Below, one piece after another: positions 56,861 through 64,000 of a DNA stretch of 64,000 bases (within the stretch, counting starts at the first letter, position 1; each line of letters opens with the position of its first letter). The translations under genes and the position numbers were made by a program. This DNA comes from Promethearchaeota archaeon (lineage in GTDB: Archaea; Asgardarchaeota; Hermodarchaeia; Hermodarchaeales; Hermodarchaeaceae). Below the pieces are notes generated by a model. The model had not been told where the DNA came from and did not search any database. It was given only the letters and a program-made list of their open reading frames with translations. The stretch lies in NCBI GenBank assembly GCA_048938385.1, contig JBHLMG010000001.1:256001-320000 (forward strand), written 5' to 3'.

Positions 56861-58591
56861 TTATTCGGTCATGTTAATGTTAACTTTCTCAGTATTTTTC
56901 ACAACAACACCGAATCCCTTTCGCTCGAGTTGGATAATAGAACCTAATTGGGCATCCTTTATCGAGGACTCTGCCTTTCCGTCAACTACCTGCAGACTTT
57001 CAGGGTTTGGTTCTCCCTTTTGAAAAAGGACCTTTGGGATCCGAAGTTCCACAGGAACGGTGTCTTCACTCACCCATTGAATTTTCAGCGCTGTTTGGCT
57101 AAGTTCCTCTCCTGCGAAGCGACATTCCATGAACTTGGCAGTTATTTTCTCAACCTGTAGGTTATACAGGTGTTTGAGTCGGAAGACATCTCCCTTCTTC
57201 AGCCTAACCGCATCTGAACCATCAATGAGTACTTGATCTGTGACAGAAATCGATCGAGTCCCCCGATCTTTAAAGTCTGGATGGAAAGGGATTACGGCTG
57301 TTCGCGGGGCGATATCTCGTATTTTTACGAGAAATGGGTCGGTCACACAAAAATATCGGTTCGCCAGGGGATCTACTAGCCGCCGGTTAATTCCAAGCAG
57401 CACCGACCAATCTAGCACCGGTTGTGCCACACTCAACCCAACTTCGCGCGTCATTTCCCTAACCGCTTCGGGAATGATTCCGCGGTTGCGGAGGGCAGGA
57501 AGGGTAGTGAGCCTGATGTCGTCCCAGCCGCTTATGAATCCTGATTCAATTAAGGGTCGAATTTTGCGTTTGCTGACTGGACTTCCTTCGATAGTAAAAC
57601 GCGACCATTCTTGGATGTATGGTTGTGGAAATCCAAAGAGTTCTCGAATATACGCGTGGAGTTCTCCACGAGTGGCAAATTCATTGCTCCTCAATACATG
57701 CGTGATTTCGTTGCGGTGGTCTTCCAAAGAGTTAGCAAAGTCATAGGTTGGCCAAAGTCGGTATCGGTTACCTTGAATTGGGTGTGGATAATCAATTATC
57801 CGAAATATATTAGGATCCCGCATAACAGCGTTGGGGTGTTTCAAGTCTATGCGAAGCCGACACACGATTTCTCCTTCGGCATAGCCCCCGTTAAGAATAT
57901 CATTCCAGATAGTTTGATTTTCTTCTTTGCCACTTTGGCGATGGGGGCATGGGTTTCCCGCCCGGCGGTTTTCCTTGATGGTTTCAGCTGCACAACTGCA
58001 AAAGTAAGCATCTTCTCTAGCAAGAAGTTCTTCAGCCTTCTCGTAAAAATACGGAAGATCATCAGAAACATTGAGCTCTTCATCCCAATCAATTTCCATC
58101 CATTGGTAACCTTCCTTGAAGGCTTCATAGTACTCTGGATGGACATTTCGCGGATTCGTGTCTTCGAACCGTAGGATGAGTTTTCCCCCATATTTGCGCG
58201 CATAATACCAGTTGATGTATCCTGCGTAAGCATGACCGATATGTGGGTAGCCACTAGGCTCAGGAGGTAATCGGGTGACTACCTTTCCCTTTTCTGCACC
58301 AATCAGTTCTGGAAGGTCTTTCACTCGATGTTCTTTTACTGATTCTAATAGTTGGGGGGCAATTTGTCGAAGTTCCATCAGTTGGTCGTCTTGCGACATT
58401 TGGTTGACTTCTTCGACAATTTCGTTTACAAGTTCGATGATCTGCTGCGCCTTAGTTCGTAACTCAACCCGTTCCGCAAGCAACTTTCCTATTACGGCAC
58501 GAGAATTAGCTTTACCTTCGAACTTCACGGCGTTTGCTAAGCTGTATTTACGGATTAGCTGCTTGACTGCGTCTTCTTTGCCGTGCTTCAT
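56861..58591 (-). CDS. gltX: Glutamate--tRNA ligase (archaeal type)
   Basis: PPEPSGYPHIGH, LRFEDTN, PTYDF, THVLR, QLER.G. Confidence 0.96.
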   Translation of the reverse strand: MKHGKEDAVKQLIRKYSLANAVKFEGKANSRAVIGKLLAERVELRTKAQQIIELVNEIVEEVNQMSQDDQLMELRQIAPQLLESVKEHRVKDLPELIGAEKGKVVTRLPPEPSGYPHIGHAYAGYINWYYARKYGGKLILRFEDTNPRNVHPEYYEAFKEGYQWMEIDWDEELNVSDDLPYFYEKAEELLAREDAYFCSCAAETIKENRRAGNPCPHRQSGKEENQTIWNDILNGGYAEGEIVCRLRIDLKHPNAVMRDPNIFRIIDYPHPIQGNRYRLWPTYDFANSLEDHRNEITHVLRSNEFATRGELHAYIRELFGFPQPYIQEWSRFTIEGSPVSKRKIRPLIESGFISGWDDIRLTTLPALRNRGIIPEAVREMTREVGLSVAQPVLDWSVLLGINRRLVDPLANRYFCVTDPFLVKIRDIAPRTAVIPFHPDFKDRGTRSISVTDQVLIDGSDAVRLKKGDVFRLKHLYNLQVEKITAKFMECRFAGEELSQTALKIQWVSEDTVPVELRIPKVLFQKGEPNPESLQVVDGKAESSIKDAQLGSIIQLERKGFGVVVKNTEKVNINMTE

Positions 58592-58640
58592 GCAGAATCA
58601 TCTCATTGTTCCGTTATGTGTTCAAGTTACTGAGTAACAC

Positions 58641-59249
58641 TTATGCTTTTTGCGGTTTGGATGGAAGCGTTTTTTCTTCCATTATTTGATGAACTAAATT
58701 CGGATCCAAGCTTCGTAGCCACGAGATTTCTCCGACGGAATATTGTCGACCAGTTCCCGCTAGTATCTTATGGATTACTTCTACTACTTCACTAGGCTTC
58801 AGGGTGGTTGTATCAATTTCAAAAATTTGGTGTTGGCTATGGCGTGCAAGTGCTTGTGCCGTGCATTCTCCTAGGATTTCTGCCTGTATATTTTCTAAGA
58901 TTTTGTCCGTAGACCAACCTCGCGTTTTTAGTCTCTGAGTCAAGGTTAGGGGATTACAGCGGAGGACTACCAGCACCTCAAGAAGGTTATCAGGTACTTC
59001 ATCCGCGAAATGTCCAACTACGATATAGCGTTTTTTGGAGCTATCCAACTGTTTTGATAGGTAGTTTTGCAGTTTTTGAACATCAGCAATTAATGTTCTG
59101 CGCTTAGGATCTTCTCCTTTGTGGAACTGATGTTGGATAATTATTTGGTTTAATTCGATTAATTCAGCGTTAAGATCGGATGCTAGTAATTGACCAATAA
59201 CGGTTTTTCCTGTTCCCGGTGTACCGGAAAGTGCAATTACTGAGCCCAC
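58641..59249 (-). CDS. Adenylate kinase, AK6/Fap7 family
   Basis: GTPGTGKT, IVVGH, LRC, R..RGW...KI.EN..AE. Confidence 0.92.
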   Translation of the reverse strand: MGSVIALSGTPGTGKTVIGQLLASDLNAELIELNQIIIQHQFHKGEDPKRRTLIADVQKLQNYLSKQLDSSKKRYIVVGHFADEVPDNLLEVLVVLRCNPLTLTQRLKTRGWSTDKILENIQAEILGECTAQALARHSQHQIFEIDTTTLKPSEVVEVIHKILAGTGRQYSVGEISWLRSLDPNLVHQIMEEKTLPSKPQKA

Positions 59250-59371
59250 TATAACTCACCAGCCAACATCAACACATTTTCTAAGAGATGAGAGCTTCTT
59301 TTGAAACAAATGTGGAATCTCAGATAAGGGTTCTGTCTTAAATGAAAAACCACTTACATCTAAAGTTGTTC

Positions 59372-59587
59372 TTATGCGAGAGTGGCTTGTTCAATATGGG
59401 CTCGTCGCTTTTCTCGCTCATATTCCTCTAAGGCGGCGAGTTCACGCTGTAAGCGAATCCGGTGGGATCCACTGGATACAGCGATTGCTTGACGAAGTAA
59501 CCTTTTCTCACGCTGAATGTCTTGATGAGGTGCCTCTTCAAGTAATTTTAGACGCTGTGATAAAGGTTCAACGCATCCAGTACTCAC
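59372..59587 (-). CDS. Small helical hypothetical protein
   Basis: 71-aa charged helical ORF co-oriented with its neighbours. Confidence 0.4.
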   Translation of the reverse strand: MSTGCVEPLSQRLKLLEEAPHQDIQREKRLLRQAIAVSSGSHRIRLQRELAALEEYEREKRRAHIEQATLA

Positions 59588-59670
59588 TTATCACGCACCG
59601 TCTAGACTCACTATGGTGGTTATTTAAAGCAGGAGAGGGTGGCGGATAACTAAACCTTACAGGTGGGGAG

Positions 59671-60351
59671 TCATGTGGATGCTTGATATCGCGTTCCATT
59701 GACGATGCTCTTCTTCGCCGTCACCATATTTTTTGCAATTAACGATTCAAGCGCTAACCGAACGCGTGTTTGAGGCCACTGGGTCGATAGCATAATCTCT
59801 TCAAGAGAGGCACGACCTCTCTTGCGAGCAGCGATCCCGAGGATTACGGATTCATCTTCACTTAAGAACTCGCTTTTTAGTTGCACTACGAGCGTTCCCT
59901 TTACCTCTAGAAGCTGTAACACTTCGTCTTTTTCTAACTGCTTTAGCAATTTATAGAAGGCCTTACTTGATAATTTTCGATACTGTTCGGTTTGATGAAT
60001 CTGTGTATAAACATCTGCTGCAGGGATTGGCTGTTTTACCACTCCACTGAGTTCCGGCGTCGCAAGTAGATGCACGATTAGATCCCTGGGAGTCTGAGGG
60101 GTTTGCAACTCGAAATGAAATTCTTCTTTTAGTTGTGTAAGACGGGACTCAGCAGCCGCAAAGAGATCTGACTTCAATGGGGCTTGGTCGTTAATTTTTT
60201 CTAAACGAGATTGGAGCTCGATGTCTTTGGTTGGGTCTTGTTCTTTGGCTTTTGCTCTTAGCCGCTTCCCAAATTGCTCGAAGGCCTTATCAAGGTTGTT
60301 TTCCGAATTATCGTTTACTGGCATCACTTTGTCTCCCTGGTGCGCATTCAT
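59671..60351 (-). CDS. Vps22/Vps36 (EAP30)-like tandem winged-helix protein
   Basis: 'LSEDESVILGIA....GRASLEEIM.STQWPQTRVRLALESL' resembles the second wHTH of EAP30. Confidence 0.65.
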   Translation of the reverse strand: MNAHQGDKVMPVNDNSENNLDKAFEQFGKRLRAKAKEQDPTKDIELQSRLEKINDQAPLKSDLFAAAESRLTQLKEEFHFELQTPQTPRDLIVHLLATPELSGVVKQPIPAADVYTQIHQTEQYRKLSSKAFYKLLKQLEKDEVLQLLEVKGTLVVQLKSEFLSEDESVILGIAARKRGRASLEEIMLSTQWPQTRVRLALESLIAKNMVTAKKSIVNGTRYQAST

Positions 60352-60413
60352 TTACTCTTAGAAGTGTCGTACTTTTAAAGGCTCGGAGCCGCTGATACTC
60401 TTATGGGCAGGTG

Positions 60414-60845
60414 ATGGCTTTGATTGAGAATTGCCCAATGTTGCTTTCCATCAATGTGGGGGCGAAATATCTTCGTCAAGCTAATAAGTACCTTCTTGTT
60501 GGTTCTTGCGTTCCTCAAGAATATCCAGAGCTCTTCCAGCAACTTGCACAGGATCGGGTCTGTCTTCATGTGTGCCTTGAAACCTTCCATATGAACATGG
60601 CTGAAACCAAACTAGCCTGTATTACGAAAATCCATCAACCCGAGGAATTACTTGTCCTAACAGTAGATGGGTCACCTCATTGTTTTCAGTTGCATGTGCT
60701 CGCTGAAGACATGAAACGGTATTTTAACTTGGATTCGAAAATCCAACACCTAGTGATTGAGCATGGAAGGCTTCAACAGGTTTCCTCCTCTGCTGTAAAA
60801 ACTGCTAGACACCTAAACAAGGTGCAACATCTACTCGAGAAGTAA
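60414..60845 (+). CDS. Conserved Cys/His-containing (Fe-S/metal-binding) protein
   Basis: CP, GSC, CLE, TVDGSPHC.QLH. Confidence 0.7.
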   Translation: MALIENCPMLLSINVGAKYLRQANKYLLVGSCVPQEYPELFQQLAQDRVCLHVCLETFHMNMAETKLACITKIHQPEELLVLTVDGSPHCFQLHVLAEDMKRYFNLDSKIQHLVIEHGRLQQVSSSAVKTARHLNKVQHLLEK

Positions 60846-62234
60846 CCATCGACGATGAACATCCTGTCGAACAAGGAGTTGGATTTGCAGCCTAAGAGAA
60901 TTAGCCGTGACTCCACTGAGCGGGTGTTTATGGCTTGGCGTCAAACTCGGCTCGGTCTTGATGTTGACTAACCGTGGTTGATTGAATACGATGCTGGTTG
61001 GCATCCGATAGAAAATTACGGAATGCCCGGGGCTAGGCGGTGTCTCTGAAGCGTTCACCCAGACTTGTGGGAACCGGAAATATAGGTCGGTCACATTGCG
61101 TTTAGTATTTTCAGATGAGCGCTTTGGTGTGAGTACATCAATTTCTGCCTTGGGAAAACGCATTGGTTGCTCGTCGATATACGGGGTCCTTCCTGATTGT
61201 AGGAAGAATTCGTTGTAAGGCAGTGTCAAGTCTAGAAGGCAAAATGACGAATTCGTAAACGCGGTCACATTAAGATCGAATTCAAACCCCCATGTCTGGT
61301 TTTCACTCATGGCGACACCGAAGGTTTCGTTATACACGATGTGGGTTGCGTTATTGATGTTCGGTCCCAGGGTTGTACTTGAACCTCGACGATATGTATC
61401 GTGAAGAGTGATATTGGCAAGAAGCGTTGTACCATTAAAGATTTGTTTGGGGATGACGATGCGCGCTTCACCAAAATTGTATATGTTCGTATCCCGCATC
61501 AGTGTGTTGAATGTGATGTTACAGCGAACAATATTCGGGATATTATAGGCCAGGGTATCATTTTCGGCGGCGACGATGAAATCGAAGGAAAACATTTGCT
61601 CAAGAGAATCTTGGGCTAAATGCGAATCCAAGCTACTGTTTATGAGATAGTCAAAAAACAGCGACCAGTACCCCCTCATTTGCGCTCCACCATCAATTGA
61701 AATTTCTTTGTCATTGGTGAGGAAGGCTGGATAGACTTGTTCGATGCGATATTCGAAGCTATTAGCCTCTACGCTAGGGATGATGTTGTAGGCATTGCCA
61801 TAATAATCATAGAAAACACCAACATTGGGAAAGGTGAAATTTCGCTGCGCCTCTTCAAATATCCGTTGTATCGTAACATTCAGTGGCTGGTCTCCCTCGT
61901 AAGTTCCTAACCCGTATCGACCCTGCAAATAATCGATGTTGACATGTCCTGTTTCGTTAATGAAGCAATAGAACATGTCCTGCTGCAGTATGTGTACATC
62001 GCCTGGCTCTGGCTCCGGAATAATTGGATTTTCTTTGGGTATGATAAACCATGCTCCAACGATGATGACGACTAAAACGGCAACGACAAGTCCGTACCTG
62101 ATCCAATTAGGCATTCGTCGCGCACGATAGCGTTCACGGCGTTCTCGTTTCCGCTGGAGTTTTTCTGGAAGGCGTTCCAGCCGTTTCTCCTTTTCTCGTT
62201 GTTTTCTTCGTTGGCGGCGTGACACTGTGAACAT
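60831..62234 (-). CDS. Type II membrane glycoprotein
   Basis: Arg-rich N-terminus, one TM, large domain with many N-x-S/T sequons. Confidence 0.75.
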   Translation of the reverse strand: MFTVSRRQRRKQREKEKRLERLPEKLQRKRERRERYRARRMPNWIRYGLVVAVLVVIIVGAWFIIPKENPIIPEPEPGDVHILQQDMFYCFINETGHVNIDYLQGRYGLGTYEGDQPLNVTIQRIFEEAQRNFTFPNVGVFYDYYGNAYNIIPSVEANSFEYRIEQVYPAFLTNDKEISIDGGAQMRGYWSLFFDYLINSSLDSHLAQDSLEQMFSFDFIVAAENDTLAYNIPNIVRCNITFNTLMRDTNIYNFGEARIVIPKQIFNGTTLLANITLHDTYRRGSSTTLGPNINNATHIVYNETFGVAMSENQTWGFEFDLNVTAFTNSSFCLLDLTLPYNEFFLQSGRTPYIDEQPMRFPKAEIDVLTPKRSSENTKRNVTDLYFRFPQVWVNASETPPSPGHSVIFYRMPTSIVFNQPRLVNIKTEPSLTPSHKHPLSGVTANSLRLQIQLLVRQDVHRRWLLLE

Positions 62235-62402
62235 CCTGCCATTCCAGGCGAGAACGTCGATTATGCTTCCCGTATTTCAACCTTACGGCTTCGGATGGTC
62301 CTGTTTAATAAAGCTCATCAATAAATTTAAATGAGCCTTAGTGAACTGAGGTCGCGCCTTCATAACGCAAGGAACCCCCTTTTTTCGAGGGTAGCGAACA
62401 CA

Positions 62403-62768
62403 ATGTCAAAGAAAGAAAAAGTCCCTGAAGAAACCTCCCAGGAACCGGAGCCTGAAGAGCCTACGGAAATGGAGCCTGTACCGGGGGATTTGGAGGAAGA
62501 AGCTGACGAAGCCGAAAAAGCCTCAGTTAAAGAGAAGAAGTCAAAACGAAAAAGGGCTCCGAAAAAACGAACGAAACTCTCAGTACTTCAAGCGGCTGTA
62601 CTTGAGACAATTCGTGAACGCCCGCAACGCCCTCGTGCCATTCAAACGATAATATTCAGTGCAGGTGGCGTGGATATCCCTCGCAATGAAGTTATCCGAT
62701 CATTGAACGAACTGCGAGAAAAGGGGCTCGTTGAAAAGGTCACAGCAAAGGCGTGGCAGGCAACCTAA
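62403..62768 (+). CDS. Acidic/basic disordered N-terminus + winged-helix protein
   Basis: C-terminal 'EVIRSLNELREKGLVEK'. Confidence 0.7.
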   Translation: MSKKEKVPEETSQEPEPEEPTEMEPVPGDLEEEADEAEKASVKEKKSKRKRAPKKRTKLSVLQAAVLETIRERPQRPRAIQTIIFSAGGVDIPRNEVIRSLNELREKGLVEKVTAKAWQAT

Positions 62769-62792
62769 TTTTCTACAAACTACCATCGATCG

Positions 62793-64000
62793 CTAGCTTC
62801 GTCCTTTCAGTTCGGCAAGCGCTCGTTCAGCAATGCTCATTGCCTTCCGGTACTTCTTTTCCATTTTTTCTAGTTCCTGTTTCATTTCCTGTATTCGAAC
62901 TGCTAACTTGTTGTTTTCTTCTTGAAGTGTTTGGAGTTTCTGCTCTGCTGCCTGTAATTCGGCTCGGAGAGCATGGGTATGTTGAGGCATTTGACCGCTG
63001 TTTGCGGCATCTCTAAGCTGCTGGAACCGTTGAACAGCAGCTTTAATTCGTCCAGCAAAATCTGTTCGTAAACGGATGCGTCGTTTTTCTAATTCATCTT
63101 TTGTTTGAGGCTCCGCAAAATCTAATGGATTGAATCCTGTGGCACCGTGAGTTGTTTCTCGGGAACGAACATCGAGGATTAGGGGTACCTCTACTGCATC
63201 GCCCGCAATGACTGCTTGACCCGTATCGAGGCGTTGAATGTCTTCCGTCCATTCTTTTGAAATCCCCTCAGTGCTGGTAATTGTAATATCAACATCTCGA
63301 ACATCAGTAAGTTGGTGAATAATCCAGGTGCCGACTTGACTCCTGACGATTGTATCCAATAACTGGGGTTTCTGAGTAATGACAACCAGATTTGCTGCGA
63401 ATTTTCGACCTTCTTGCGCAATTAATCTCATTATTCCTGTGGTCGCGGCTTTTCCGCGGTTTGGGGCCAGTAAATGCGCTTCATCAACAAAACAATAGAA
63501 CGGTGGAATCTCTCGATTAACGGCTGCTTGATAAAGACCATTTAGAATCTCTTGTGAGAGGGTTTCTTGGATGCTTAAGTCTAACCCACGGAAATTCACA
63601 ATAGTTCCTTGGCCGGAGACAACTAAGTCCTTGGGGTGTGTACCTAAGAGGGCTTCGATGGGAAGATCAGCACCTGGGTTCGCGTGCAAATCTGCAAATT
63701 CAATTACACTCATCTCGTAACTGTGTGGTTCAACCCCAAAACGGTCATCACCTTTCTCTGCTGGTATCTTTAGGCTAGAGTATTCTCCATGCCGGTCGAG
63801 TATCACAATCGGAATGCCTTTTTTGATGAATTCTTCCATGATGACCGCAGTTGTGTAGCTTTTCCCACTTCCTGTCTTACCAACAATGAACAAACGCCCC
63901 AACCGTCTCACTGGCAAGCGAACTGGAATCGTTCGATTGGTTAGGTGGCCTGTGTAAGCCGATTCCTCCTCGGGAATGTTGATACCTAATGCAGTGCTGA
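62793..64000 (-). CDS. HerA/FtsK-family ATPase with a C-terminal coiled coil (5' end outside the window)
   Basis: GKTGSGKS, LDRHGEY, VDEAH, EGRKF, TQKP; frame stays open to the window end. Confidence 0.9.
   Translation of the reverse strand, partial: STALGINIPEEESAYTGHLTNRTIPVRLPVRRLGRLFIVGKTGSGKSYTTAVIMEEFIKKGIPIVILDRHGEYSSLKIPAEKGDDRFGVEPHSYEMSVIEFADLHANPGADLPIEALLGTHPKDLVVSGQGTIVNFRGLDLSIQETLSQEILNGLYQAAVNREIPPFYCFVDEAHLLAPNRGKAATTGIMRLIAQEGRKFAANLVVITQKPQLLDTIVRSQVGTWIIHQLTDVRDVDITITSTEGISKEWTEDIQRLDTGQAVIAGDAVEVPLILDVRSRETTHGATGFNPLDFAEPQTKDELEKRRIRLRTDFAGRIKAAVQRFQQLRDAANSGQMPQHTHALRAELQAAEQKLQTLQEENNKLAVRIQEMKQELEKMEKKYRKAMSIAERALAELKGRS

Noticed and set aside
62580-62768. Z-alpha (Z-DNA-binding) domain
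   Set aside because: wHTH with a terminal Trp, but the key Asn/Tyr recognition-helix residues are absent
1-64000. Mobile elements, CRISPR arrays, rRNA, defence islands, Sec/Pyl readthrough
   Set aside because: No transposase/integrase motifs, repeat-spacer arrays, rRNA-like sequence or interrupted conserved ORFs seen by eye

Overview
A 64-kb, gene-dense stretch of core archaeal chromosome. I infer an Asgard archaeon, because archaeal housekeeping genes sit alongside many eukaryotic-signature proteins. Housekeeping genes: TopoVI A/B, archaeal SAM synthetase, PoK/PPS-type CoA pathway, tetraether synthase, geranylgeranyl reductase, LipS1/LipS2, HisRS, GluRS, aIF1, RpoP, L13e and a proteasome beta subunit. 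Eukaryotic-signature proteins: a Rab-like GTPase coupled to a longin protein, three roadblock-type proteins, a Vps22/EAP30-like protein, a membrane-anchored JAMM protease, a Get3-like ATPase and an OST5-like protein. I saw no mobile elements, rRNA or CRISPR arrays. The most striking signals are missing from the ORF track. (1) A tRNA-His(GUG) gene directly upstream of hisS has three BHB introns (8/9, 15/16, 37/38), a 7-nt exon, an A73 discriminator, no encoded G-1, and a leader that duplicates the acceptor 5' strand. (2) A stand-alone ~133-nt candidate ncRNA has a TATA box, a closing stem and a T-tract, and carries eight anti-Shine-Dalgarno-like CCUC motifs. (3) An unannotated single-TM micro-ORF overlaps the Get3 stop codon. 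(4) Two head-to-head paralog pairs occur (R15P isomerase/eIF2B-like and two pantoate kinases). All protein calls come from motif recognition by eye; no searches were run.
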